Under the pieces are notes generated by a model, which saw nothing but the letters and a program-made list of their open reading frames with translations, was not told where the DNA came from and did not search any database. A stretch of DNA of 64,000 bases from Oikopleura dioica. Taxonomy: Eukaryota; Animalia; Chordata. Positions 25,201-37,480 of the stretch are shown here, piece after piece. Where the stretch lies: assembly GCA_907165135.1 (NCBI GenBank), contig OU015569.1, positions 11,346,001 through 11,410,000 of the forward strand. Reading direction: 5' to 3'. Position 1 is the first letter of the stretch, and each line of letters begins with the position of its first letter. The position numbers were made by a program, and so were the translations under genes.

Positions 25201-25676
25201 ATTGAAATTTCATAATGATCTTTTCTTCGCTAATTATTTCCTTCAGTGATGCTGAACTTGGCCACAGCCCAGAGCCCGTTGGAGAGCATGGCGAGCACGG
25301 GGCCGGGATTCATCCGCACGCGCACTTGGGCTGGCCAGCGCTGGATCCGGCCAGTGCGATGGCAGCTTCGCACTTGGGCTACCTTCCTGTCGATGTGCAC
25401 AAGCTGAGCGAGCAAAGCCACCAGCTACTGAAGCACGAGAGCAACGTCAAACTGGAACCCGTCGATCCGCACGCAAAAGAAAACTCTTCGACCGTCCTTG
25501 CGCCAGTAGTAAGCAGCTCCGCGCCAAGTGTCAGCTCCAGCGCCAGCGCAGTCCCGACGCCCGAGCAGTACCACAACTGGATGCTCCAGCACCACTACAG
25601 CAACCCCTCGATGTACCAACACTACCAAGCGCACCAGAACATAGAAGTTCAGCACCCGGCGATTGGCTTTGCTTGA
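22223..25676 (+). CDS. Six1/2: SIX1/2-class homeobox transcription factor
   Basis: Exons 22223-22276, 22326-22472, 22622-22866, 23126-~23245 give [82 protein letters not shown]; ETSY marks Six1/2. Last exon ~25247-25676 is inferred. Confidence 0.93.
23640..23982. mobile_element. TTAA-flanked MITE in a Six1/2 intron
   Basis: TTAA|ggacccccccccgtca ... tgacgggggggggtcc|TTAA; same termini as 12067-12568. Confidence 0.8.
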
Positions 25677-26373
25677 GAACAAGTTTTCTAACTCTTTGAT
25701 TGAGAGATACTCGCACCCTGTTTTACTCATCCTGTTTTTTCTTTTCCCTGAGTTGTGTTTCTTTTTAATTATGTATAGATGACTTTGACCCTTATATTAG
25801 TAATGCGTTAGTTCTGTACATACTCACTTCAATTCGAAACAAAATATATTTCCCATCTTTCAATTCTCCTCGTTGATTTCTTGAGTTTTAAAAAACAAAG
25901 TTGCTACAAATACAAGCAAATCTAGCAAGTCTTTCGCAACAAAGTACAGTTGATCATGGTTGTTTATGGATTTCGCAAGGTTATCAGATTCCAAGGAAAA
26001 AATGTGTTGTGGAAAAATTTGCGCGACATGTGCTGTCGGAAATTGGAGGCGACGTTGTTTGAAAATTAGCTATCGGAGTTTATTTTTGAAGATCGAAGGG
26101 ACGCAACGGTTATCAGATTTGAAATATAACCCGTAAGAACACTCGTAAAATTTGGAGGGAGAGTTCCCGTCAGGAACGTCTTTGTTGATTTCAAATTTTC
26201 TGCTAGTGGTCGCCCAGCTTTTTATATTCTATCAAAAAATCTCTAGAACATGTATTTATTTCATAGCAGCCAAGTAAGCTTTTTCACAGTATGCTTGAAT
26301 ATTTTCCTATAGCTGTAAGTATATTTTAGGATTACATGTTTTACTTTCATAGTATAGCATTATACGAGTAACT

Positions 26374-27352
26374 TTGATTATTTTTAAGCAAGTGCCCCTC
26401 TGCTTAATGGCTGCTCTCTACTGGTCCGGCAAGAAGCCACCACCAAGCCCAACTCCACCCGAACCCATTCCAGCCCCGGATCCCGGCATTGACCTTTGGT
26501 CGTTCTTGATCCACTGGATATTGCCATTTATATTGGGCACAGGCAACAGGTTTTTTTGAGGCCGACATATAGCTTCGGTTTGAAGAATTAGCTTTTATTA
26601 ACTTCGACTCTGTCGTTCAAGGCCGAAAACAAGCGTCACTTTCTTATATTTCAGTTATGAAACATTATATACCTCGAAAGCTTTATCAAGTTTAATAAGA
26701 TAATTGTTATAAGAAGTGAAAAGTTCCTCGTCCTCTTCTAGATTTTCGACAGTATACACACTAACGCCATACTCACCACGTCTGATCTCAATTTTTTCGG
26801 ACAAGAAGCCCTTTTGCCAATCGATTAAATTTTTAATCAGCGTGTCTTCATCGGCGCCACCAAGCAAAATGTTTTCGGGATTTACGCCTTGCATAATGCT
26901 TGCAGAATCTCCACAATTATGCTCATCATGCACATTGTTCCTTTGCTTCGCTTTGTACTAGCGCTCTTTAAAAGTCGAAGATCATTGAATTGATTGCAAA
27001 AATTGCTGCTACTGAATTCGATAAAACAATAATGACATCATAGATACGATTCTTATCATACGACCAACGCTCCACCAATCTATGCTTGCCTCAAAATAAC
27101 CTGTTATAGCAATCATCTTTTTCCTGCCAGCAAAAGTATGGGACGTGGCAACATATGGACTAATCCCCGCTGGAAACCCATGCAGAAACGGAATCGAAGC
27201 TGAAAGCGAAGACGAAAGCGAAGACGAAGACGATCCGGCCCCAGCCCAAGCGCCTGTTCTCGGCACTCAACCAGTTCTCGCCCCTCAACCAGTTCTCGCC
27301 CCATCTCCAGTTCTAGCTTCACCGCCACCACCAGAACTCCCTCAGCAACAGG
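26374..27352 (+). CDS. Orphan Pro-rich membrane protein
   Basis: Exon with PPPSPTPPEPIPAP and hydrophobic LWSFLIHWILPFILGT, joined (GC donor) to AKVWDV..ESEDESEDEDD..(PVLAP)n exon. Confidence 0.45.
26655..26940 (-). pseudogene. Possible degenerate SET-domain C-terminal fragment
   Basis: VSVYTVENLEEDEELFTSY resembles the SET I.IYA.RDI..GEELT.DY motif; upstream GDSASIMQGVNPEN loosely matches GN.ARF.NHS..PN. Confidence 0.3.
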
Positions 27353-27953
27353 TAGTTTAAGCGATTTTTCGAATGCGACGAAATTTTCGAAGAAAATCCC
27401 ACTTCAGAAAGATAATTCTAAAAAAAATTCAGAAATATTTTTTGAATATACAGTAAATTATATACTATAGATTTTTTTATATACTTTAGATTTTATACAA
27501 CTCTATTTGATTAAGAAATTTATTAAGGCAACGCAGCGCGAAAAACGACCACGACGTGGGTCCAGACCTAAATTTATATTGGGCGAAAAAATCTGGGACA
27601 AGCAGACGCGAGCGACCGCCTTCATCCGAGTAAGTTTTTAGCTATAATTTTTGTTTTATATGTTTTCTATCTATTATATATTAATATACTCGAAGATTCA
27701 GTAACAATATTTAAGAGCGATTTATTTAGCAAGAGAGTTTGTTTGAAGCATCGGGAGTTTCGCATTCGAAATAATTTCTTTGTAACAATTATTACGGTGC
27801 AACCCGATATTTCTGACTTACTTTCTCATTCGACACTGCCAGTCACAAATGTCCCGAAATTTTTCATAAATAATCTCTTCGAGAGATTAAATATACCTTC
27901 ATTTATGCGAATTCATAAAAATGCCCAAATAGAAGATCTACCTAATCAGAGAT

Positions 27954-28578
27954 GACCTACTGTAAGAAATCTGTCACTTTTAAATTAGGTGTAATGGTAG
28001 AAAAATCGACCCCATGATGGCCTTTCTTACTTCTAATTTGAGAAAGAATAAGAATCTCCAGGTCGCGGCGATCATTTTGGTACCAAATTCATCGAAATCC
28101 GACTTGGTTTTCGGCATAAAGGTAGCAATTGAAGTCCAAAATTGAGCACTAGAAATTTTCTAGTGCCCGGAAAGGGATGAATACTCCAGCCTTTCAGTAC
28201 GCAAATTGTAGAGCATTTTCTATTCTATCAGAATCTATTCTCGGAAGTTGTGAACAGGGGCTTTAGTGAGAACCAGCGCCGGAGGAAGCTCAAAAAAATG
28301 GAGAAAAATCAAGGCCAATTTTTGCTTCCGTGAACTTAGATTAACGATTTTCCCTCAATTTTGCTTCATTTTTCGAGCTTCTTCGGGCGTTGGTTCTCAT
28401 TAGAGCCCCTGTTCTTAATAATAACATCGGGTTATCTGAACTAAAAAGTTCCCGAAAGTGGTAAGCCACCCAGCTGCTAAGAATACGCTGACTTACGGTC
28501 AAGGATTACTTCGAAAACGAACCAAATACTAGGGCTTACGACCAGGCGACCTTATCAGTTATAAATTGCCACTTGCTC
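27954..28578. repeat. Dispersed repeat copy 2 with nested CAGGGG-ended MITE (28255-28411)
   Basis: Shares blocks with 6449-6656; nested element has ~45-bp imperfect inverted arms caggggctttagtgagaacc / ggttctcattagagcccctg. Confidence 0.7.
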
Positions 28579-28916
28579 CGAATTTCATTATGATTAGAAT
28601 GAAATATCTAATCGTTTCTTATATGAGAGAAAGGAATGAAATTAGCTTTTGCACTCGTTAATCCCCGTTTCTGGCACCAAAGCGCAAGAATTTTTGACTT
28701 TTCTAGCGCTGATTGCTACTCACGCATTTCCCAAAATCCCCCATTTCTCAAATCCTAAATTTCTCGAAATCCCGTATTTCTCAAATCGCCAAATCAGGAT
28801 TCTGCCGATTCAGGATTTTGGGAAGTGCGGGATTTTTATTTCTTTTGAGTTTTTTTCTTGCTTTACCAAATTAAAATTGATTGATCATATAACTTTATTT
28901 TCTTGGCTTCTCCACA

Positions 28917-29260
28917 GTCAATCCCGGCTTCACCAACTTCAATTTTGGCTTAAAAAACTTCGATCCTAGCTTTACAAACGTCAATCCTGGAGGCTCAAAC
29001 GTCATTCCTGGCATCTTCAGCGTCAATCCCGGCTTCTTTCGATCCGATCCGGCCGTCACTTTATTCAATCCTAGCTTCTCAGATGCCAGTTCCGGCTTCT
29101 CAGTTTTCTATTATTGCTTCTTGAATGTCGATCATGGCTTCTCCAAGATTAGATTATTGTTGGAAAAGCCTTGGTTGAAACTTATGAAGCCGGGATCGAC
29201 GTTGAAGAAGTCGGGATCGACGTCGAAGAACCCGGGATGGACATTGTAGAAGCCTTTCTG
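28917..29260. repeat. Degenerate 21-bp tandem repeat in two opposite orientations
   Basis: About 11 units of gtcaatcccggcttcaccaac-like sequence (28917-29150), then ~4 inverted units gaagccgggatcgacgttgaa (29185-29260). Confidence 0.7.
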
Positions 29261-29930
29261 TAGAACGCCAAATTATGAATAAGCGCGTCCATAGAAATGG
29301 CCCTATCTCGAAAACTAGATGAGATATGAAGATCTGAAAAAAGCTGTGGAATCAGCATCAAATAAATAACAAAAATTCTTTTCATGACCTTATTGGACGT
29401 GGCTTAACCCGATCGTTGTTGACACCCTTAAAACCAGAATCTTCACCACTAGATCGTGTGATTGCGACCTGACGGTGGGAGTATTCCTATTCAGCTGCAA
29501 TCAACAAAGAGAACTCTTCATTTTTATGAGTTTTTATCATAAGCTATCATATATTTTTTTCTAATAAGTTCTATTTTTATTTTTGCAATCAACGAGGAGA
29601 GTAAATTTTGTAAATTCATCCAATACTAATAAATCTTCAAAATTTAAAGTTATCCCTTCTAAATCTAGATCTAATATTTGAAATTTTGACATCTCATTTT
29701 AGGAATTCGAGAGGCGCAACAACGAACTTTTCTTGTTAATTGAGTTCGAGGAAGAGTATCGACAAGCACGAGCAGAACCGATCTGGCGCCATCACAGTCG
29801 TATTTCGGGATTTTAGTCTAATAGATCTTTTCTTACTGTTTCTGTTTCCATATTTATCTCGTTGGTTTTTTTATATTTTCTGTGGTTTTTGCTGTTTTTC
29901 GCCTAATAAAAGTTTCATAAAATGCGTTTA

Positions 29931-30319
29931 TGGGGGTAGAAACAGCTTTCTCGATTTTGGACTCTAGCTACATAAAAGAAAACATCAGATTTATTTATGT
30001 TTACAGAATTTCCTCATTAATGCTCCTAAAAAAGCGGTTCAGCTTCACAAAAATGTGAATAAAATTTGTTTTCCTATTACGTGACTCGAGATATTCGAGG
30101 TTGAAAATGTGCGAAAATCGAGAATTTCGCAGAGATGAGTTGCTTCTGAGCCCCATTACCCAAAAATTTGATGATTAAAACAAATTTCGAGGGAGATGTT
30201 CCTAGATCTAAGATGTTTCTATCTAAATATGAAGAAAAAAATTGAAAATCTAAGATTTTTTTGTCTGTAGCGCCAGTCAAAAATCGCTTATTTTCGAAAA
30301 AAAGCTGTTTCTACCTCTC
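29931..30319. mobile_element. Possible PIF/Harbinger-like MITE
   Basis: Inverted ends ggtagaaacagcttt / aaagctgtttctacc with TTA on both flanks. Confidence 0.45.
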
Positions 30320-30589
30320 TTATAGAAAAAGAAGCGACACAAAGACAATTATTCTCCGTTTAACATCTGTAACTAAAAGTGGCCCTCGTTCCATATTGAC
30401 AATATGATATTGTGCGGAATTTGAACCTCGATAGTGAACTCGGCTTTGGCGAGTTCATGCTTTCCATCGGAAAACTCTCTGTAGAGCTCTTTCGACGACT
30501 GGTTGATGTCTCCTATTGTTTCAACAGAAATGTATTTTATGTTTCTAAAAAGTACAAAAAACGATATTAACGTGCTGGATAAAAAATTT

Positions 30590-31900
30590 TCAGGTAGAGT
30601 TTATTTTGCTTGTGACTAAATTTGTCGTTTCTTCCGCGCAGTTTTCTTTCAAATACCTTGGGAAATAAAGATTCCCCCGTCGATAAAAAATAAACGAATA
30701 ATCTTTGGACTCTTCTTCAGTGTTAAACTTTGACATTGCTTTTCCTGGCTTTCGAACATCGAGCTCTTTCACGTGACCAAAAACGCCCGAAAAGTTTTCG
30801 TCGAAATTGGGTCATTCACAAAAGGCATCAGAAGTGACAGAATATTGCCTTAGTCGAATTCTCTTTCAAACGTAAATTCCACCTGGTGACTACTTTGGTC
30901 CCCGTGGTTTAAGGCAAGGTTCATCTCCAAGAGACTCACTGTTTCTTTTTGTCGAGATTAATTTCCTTCACTGTCAATGTCGGCGACACTGTGTCGCTCT
31001 CAGAGTCGTTTTGCTGAGGGAAGATGCTTGGCGCGGGCGTAAAGGCAGCACGTGAAAAACCGAAGAGTCCTTTACTAGCAGAGGAACGCTAAAATTCATA
31101 TAAGGAACGACAATCTAACAAGAAATCTCCGAGGATTCATCTTTTTTGCTAGTTCCTAACATCAGAAACTGACAAAAAAGATGATTCTGGCTCTGAGGTA
31201 AACAACTGTTCTTGAAAAAGAATCAAATTCATTGATTTCTCGCGCTGCGAACGCCATGCCTCCGTCTCCGCATTTCCTTCGCCTGAGCTTGTCTAAGGGG
31301 CTGAGCTTTGACTGAAGTGAAGCTGCAGATCACGCATTCCGCGAAAGTTGGCTATCACGTACTCCGTTTTACGCTTAATCGCCTCGAATTCCCAGTACCA
31401 GTAAGAATCCAGCTGTCCTTCCATATCTATATATTTTCTCCAGCGGATTCCGGATAATGTGTAAAGCGTGCGCTCAGACGAATCTGTCAATGACAACACA
31501 TCTATCTTCCTTTTTGAATTTGCAACTTTACTTTGGGTTTTCAAAAAGCAAGGCACAGAAAACATTATCGGTTCTGCGGAAACCAATCTAATCGTTTTAG
31601 CAGCTTGATTTTCGCGGCGATTTCTCGCTCGTGCTTGACGTACTCGGTCATCTTGAGAACCACATTCACGCCAGCGCAGTCAAACACTGACATAGGATCT
31701 CTCGTAGCTCTGCGATGCATACCCGCCATTTGCAACTAGATTGAGCAGAACAAGAAAGCGTCGCGGGAGATGCTTGAGAGCAGTCTTGGCTCCTTCAATC
31801 AGCGTCTCGTCGATTGCGCTCTCAAGGAATTTCATCGAGTTGTGCGACTCCCAGAAGTAGTTACTTGCGTACGATACTTTTACCGGATTTCCTTCACGTC
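30590..31900 (-). pseudogene. Broken coding sequence of unknown family
   Basis: Protein-like stretches in alternating frames interrupted by stops. Confidence 0.3.
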
Positions 31901-32395
31901 AAGTAAACTCGACAGGGAGAGAGCAAAGCAAAAGTCCATGCCTATGTGTGCTGAAATCACCATGAATCCTTCTGAAACAGTGGAATTTAGTCAGCGCTGA
32001 ACGGAAGGTTAAACATCGGATTTATCTTTGGTGTGTTTTGAAAAGAATTAACAAAGGTTGAATTGATTCAAAAGAAAATGAACCCTTGAATAAATAAAAC
32101 TCGAGTATTGCGAATCTTGGTGAAATGGGTAGCATCAAATTTGCGTAGTATTTTATTTGTAAACCCGAACGAAAAGCAAGTGTAGCGAGGTTATCGGTCG
32201 AGTGCCCGAAAATTACTGATTGTTTGAGCCTTTTTTCGGTTAGGGATGAATTTCTAGAATTATTTTCTTAATATAATTAACACTTTGAGCTCTCAATTTA
32301 ACATATGATTCTGCACTCTTCGTAACATTCTCTCTTCTTTCTCTTTTCAATAATGAAGACAAGTAAGGTCAGAAATATTCAGCAGTTTTATTTAG

Positions 32396-35300
32396 ATGGA
32401 CTATGTTATTGACGAAAGCCTGAAATGGCAGATTGTGCTATCATATCTCTTAGTTTGTGCTCTTCTCGGCCTGATCCTCCAAATTCGCGAAACGAATCGA
32501 ATTAAATCGGAGGTAAGTTTCTCAAATTGTATACTTAAAGTCATATATTTGTCAAGTATGAAATATACCAATTCGAGATGCATAAGCGATTTATGAGCAT
32601 GCATTGGCTATTTATGAGACAAATCAAAAGACATATCGGCATGTATCGAAAGAAGATCACTGACAGAGAGGTAACAGCGATGTAACGAATACAATAATTT
32701 ATTATTATCAGTTCTCAGTATCGATATTTTCTCAAAGATAAAACTATAATTTGATTTAAATTCGATTTTGTACTTGAACAAGCGGAAAAATAAAGAGCTT
32801 CCGCGAAGCGTTGATGGTTCAATCTTTCTTTGCTTAGCTGCTTGCTAAGTTACAGTTAACTTCTGATTTGTGTTCCTGTAAAAGCGATTGAACATAAACT
32901 CTGCAACTTGTACATTTTAAGCAGGAAATATCATTAATTTAGCTTTTGGCCGCAGCTGTTACCTTTGTGCGGCTTTTTTTATTCTCTCGCTGGTTTCAAC
33001 TGTGTTCAATTTTCATAATTTATATTCTTTTTTTCGCTGCCGCCGTTGAATTGAAATTGAAAATTTGAATAGTCAATTCACGCCAAATGAAAAATGGAAA
33101 TGTCAGTTTGTCGACACTGTATTCTAAGAAACGACTTCCTCTCTGTTTTGCTTTACCTTCATTAATTTTACCGAATAATATCTTCTGAATTACCGAACTA
33201 ATTAAATTAAAGTTCGACGATTATTTTTTGGTAAAATCGAAAGCAAAGCGAAGCAAATTCTCCAAGCCTCGCTTTCTGGCGAGTTCGCTAAGCGAATCCA
33301 GATCCCTACTTTATTCATGGATTTTTAAAAATTTTAAAGATTAATTACATAAGGTTCTGGTTAAAACTGTATTGAATTTAGGAGAAGGATGAAACCGATG
33401 ATGAGTTCTTTGAGCCAGAATGGATGCCGGAAGAAGCTAAGGCCATCGAGAACGAAGAGAAAAAGGAGGAAAAGATGGAGACCACCAAAGAGAAGTACAC
33501 CGAGCTTGAAGAGCTCAGCAAGACCGAGCCCATCTGGACGCGAAATCCTAACAATATCTCCAACGAGGAGTACGCCGAGTTCTACAAGTCCCTCACCAAC
33601 GACAGGGAAGACCACCTCGCCGTCAAGCACTTCTCCGTCGAAGATCAGCTCGAGTTCCGAGCCGTTCTCTTCCTGCCCAAGCGAGCTCCCTTCGATCCCT
33701 TCTCGATCAAGCTCTACGTTCGACAAGTCTTTATCATGGACAACTGCGAGGAAATCATCCCCGAGTACCTTAATTTCGTCAAGGGTGTTGTCGACTCGGA
33801 AGATCTTCCTTTGAACATCTCTCGAGAGAATCTCCATCAGTCCAAAATCTTCAAGGTCATCCGAAAGAACCTCGTCAAGAAGTGCATCGAACTCTTCGAG
33901 GAACTCGCCGAGGACAAAGACAGCTACAAAATCTTCTACGAGCAGTTCGGTCGAAACATCAAGCTTGGCATCCACGAGGATTCCAACAACCGAACCAAGA
34001 TCGCCAAGCTCCTCCGATGGAAATCATCCTTCGATGGCGGCGAGGAGCTCACCAACCTCACAGACTACGTCAGCCGAATGAAAGATGGTCAGAAAGATAT
34101 CTACTTCATCACTGGCGAGTCTGTCGATATTGTCAAGAAATCCGCCTTTGTCGAGCGTGTGACAAAGCGAGGCTTCGAGGTTCTCTACCTGTGTGAGCCG
34201 AACGACGAGTACTGCGTCCAGCAACTCCAAGAATTCGACGGCAAGAACATCGTCTCCGTCACCAACGAGGCTCTTGAGCTCCCCGAGGATGAAGAGGAGA
34301 AGAAAAAGTTCGAGGAGACCAAGGTAATAATAATAAAGTTATAATCGCTATCCACTGTAGTCTACTTTCTTGGACTGTCTACGAGTGATAGATACATATT
34401 CTTTAGATCTTACTTACTTGGACTGTATTTTAAGAATTTTTTTAGGACACCGTGAAAACTCCTCAACGACCCACATTCCATAAAGTTAAAAAACGGCTCA
34501 TAAAAAAAACTCCTGATAACGTTCCGAACGAGAAGAAGAAACCGATAAAACATTTTATTCGAAAGAAATCAACGATGCGAGAATCACGATCAGAAACGAC
34601 CTCGACATCAACAGAGCCAGGTATTATTTATTACTCATTATTTAGGCGGGCAATGACATTTAAAATTTTAAATAAGAAAATTTATGTTTCGCGAGTAAAA
34701 AATTGAGAAACTCACTAAAGATTCAGGAGACACGATCATCAAGCCAAAGCGTCTTCGACGAGGGGGCTCCTCGAGAACGAGTGGCCGGGATAGTGGATCT
34801 CGCCCAGTTTCGCCGGTTAAATTCGTCGGTGCAAAGCGGATTTCCAAGAAGAAAAACAGCAGCAGTACTTTGAAAAATGAGAACAGAAGGAAAAAATCAA
34901 CCAGTCAACATCGATTCCACAAAGTCTCTTCTGACGAGGACGACTTCATTATTCTCAAAGCTGATGAGTATTTTAGTCAGCCTTCGAAAGAGTCAGTCGC
35001 TGCTTCGTCACAATCGCCATCTTCGCCTTCGCCAAGTCCTATTTCAGTTTTTCCATCAACCAGCAATTCTGAAAACATACCAAGCACGAGCACGAGCAAT
35101 GACGAGTCGCAGTCGAAAAAGAGAGGGTCAAGAAGAGCTCGGAAAACAACTCGGTCAGCTTCTTGTTCCAATATTCCTTTTGCAATCACACAGGGAAGCG
35201 AGATCCCCCTTCCGAAGCCTATCAAAACTACGAAAAAATCAACTTCTCATTTGCGCGAATCACGGTCAGAGACAACCTCGACATCAACAGAGCCAGCTGC

Positions 35301-35493
35301 CCCAACGAATCAACCAGAAAACGCACCTCGGGTCGTGAGAACTAACGTCATCCGAAACTACGACAGTTCAGACGAGTCCCTGAATGAGGTGAGTTTAACA
35401 GCGAACACTAAAACAGGTCCGAAGTGGGCGAAGTGGGCGATTTTCGCGAGTCTTTGTTTTCTCATTAGTTTTGGACGAAACAAAAGTCTTTGA
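32396..35493 (+). CDS. Predicted chimeric gene: TM anchor + HSP90 middle domain + ZCWPW-derived disordered tail
   Basis: Exons 32396-32512, 32587-32670, 33382-34323, 34446-34620 and 34727-35493 join by GT-AG in phases 0,0,0,1 with no stops. HSP90 identity is certain ([30 protein letters not shown]). Confidence 0.6.
33382..34323 (+). CDS. HSP90: Cytosolic HSP90-derived exon (linker + middle domain only)
   Basis: Intronless match to the HSP90 linker/middle domain; no ATPase domain and no C-terminal/MEEVD domain; ~7-aa deletion after APFD. Confidence 0.92.
34630..35365 (+). repeat. Inverted duplicate of the ZCWPW-like segment at ~1730-2470
   Basis: Same exon ([45 protein letters not shown]) plus homologous upstream intron ttattactcattatttaggcgggcaatg. 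Confidence 0.9.
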
Positions 35494-35774
35494 TATCTTT
35501 ATTTTTTTAAACTCTGCTAATTTGTTTTTTACTTCTCTGAAAATAATATAAACTTTCATTCCATCAATTCGATTGCTTTGTTTGGCTCATTTGATTCCGT
35601 CGCGCCATTCAATAATTTTGTTATTCAATTCAAGTGGACAGTAAACTGATGGTATATTTTGGCATTCTTCGATATTGTTTATTATATCAAATGTACAAAG
35701 CGGGCAAAGAAATTAAATTTTATTTTATCGTGCTCAGAAGTCGTAATTCATCCTTTGTTAGTTCTTCACGAATT

Positions 35775-37480
35775 TCAACAAATTTCTACTAAACTAAAGT
35801 TGATTTTCATTCTTCGAAACTCTTTCCTGGAGAAACGTCGATACTTGGTCCTCTCGACTGGATCGAGCTGACAGCGACTCGTAGGACTTCTTTGATTTCT
35901 TCTTTTTCGCGCAGTTGTCTTTCTTTTTCGCGTTTGATTTCGTTCTAAAGTTGAAGTCAACAATCGAATTTCCAAGCTGACGTCAAAAAAGGGAGCGATC
36001 TTTGTCCTTTTATGAGGTCAGAAAAAGATTTTCACTGTGGCAGTTTCTGAGATCGTTGTCGACAAACTTATCACACCCTGAACTTGGCAGGAAAAGCTTT
36101 CGCCATGTGATTTATCCAAAAAGACAAAAACAGCTTTTGAGCAATATTCACTGAGCAATAAAAAGACACTTCTTATCAACACCTATTTCCGTAAAATACA
36201 ACTTGGCGAAAGCCTAACTGTCGATAACTTAGAAGCATTTTCAACTCTGTGCTCTTTTTGAACTTTTTAATAGAAAGTACCTGATGCCTCGTTTTCAACT
36301 GTTCTTGTTTCATCTTCGCTTGCTGCAGCTCTTTGTGAAGACGCATATTCTCATCGAGCAATCGTTGATTCTCTTTCTCTAAGTCGCGTATTCTTGAGTC
36401 TGTTGCGCCTTCTGTGTCACATCTGAACGGAAAAATTTACGATTTGAAGACATGGAGGAGAACTTAACTTCCGAAATCTCGACTAGAGCTAGTTGTCGAG
36501 CCTCGGCGGGAGTCATTATAACTGCTACTCGGAGATAAATTTTTTAATCGAAAAGTTGAAGTTTTTCTTAATTTTGCAGCTAATTTCATTGTCTTTAATT
36601 TATTGGGACTTCATTTTTTATCTGTTCCTAGTCGAGTTAGCATTGTCGTCTCTGATTCTGGAAGTTAATTCTCGCAATTCAGCTAAACGAGCTGTCCAGT
36701 TTCTGCTCATGGATAGTGCTCCTGATAAATGAGCCGTGTGATCTGTCTTTTAAAAAGTAAACTTTTTCTGTGCGTTTTTGAGTAATTTGCGCTGGGCGAC
36801 CCCGATCTGGCGCAAATGCCCCCCGCCGTGGACTGATTACCTTTGGCCACTCCTATGCTTTTGCAAGGTGACATCTTTATTCGCATTTTCGCGGCTGCTT
36901 AGACTTTTTGGGGTTAACATTGATGATGCTCTTTCATAGTTGTAGATATCAAGAGTCACGGTTTTCTTAGAAATTTTCAATTTCAAAAGAAAGTTCTGTT
37001 GCGAAATTATCAAAGTTGCGATCACTACTTTCAATTTTCGCCATTCAAATGAACTCATAAACAACCGTTACAAAACTGAATATTTGATAACATCAGTGTC
37101 ATTTTTTAACCGTTCCTGCAAGGTATTCCAGAGTTGTTTTCTTTCAGACTTGCAATGACTCTTGTGGCAGCTGGCGAGTTCAAATAGCTATCCTTGACTC
37201 GCGCAATCACGGGCGTCCCAGCTGGAGAGCCAGTTTCGGAGCCAGAATCCAGCTCTACAAATTGCATCAAGTCCCTGTATATCATAAAGCAATTAACACT
37301 ATTTTTAAAACAAGAGGTGGTTTTGGCTCGCCTGACCTAACATTTTAACTCTTAATAAATCAGCGCGCAATTTTCATATTCGCAAATTTATTTCACTTAC
37401 CCATAATTGACACATCGTTGTGGCTCAGATAGGACTGAGTATTTGAAGCCTCATCAGCAATGTCTATTTGCTGAAATCTC
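35775..37480 (-). CDS. Multi-exon coiled-coil/basic protein, unknown
   Basis: Exons with GT-AG borders, e.g. DSRIRDLEKENQRLLDENMRLHKELQQAKMKQEQLKTRHQ; ends uncertain. Confidence 0.5.

Noticed and set aside
16362-29432. One 13-kb TTAA element bounded by gggtgtca / tgacaccc
   Set aside because: Only an 8-bp match; similar lone ends occur elsewhere, so independent remnants are more likely.
31500-31900. Protein kinase-like motifs (NGGYAS, VVLK, HERE)
   Set aside because: No HRD/DFG equivalents found and frames are broken; family call unsupported.
33361-34230. Long antisense ORFs over HSP90
   Set aside because: Shadow of biased codon usage on the sense strand.
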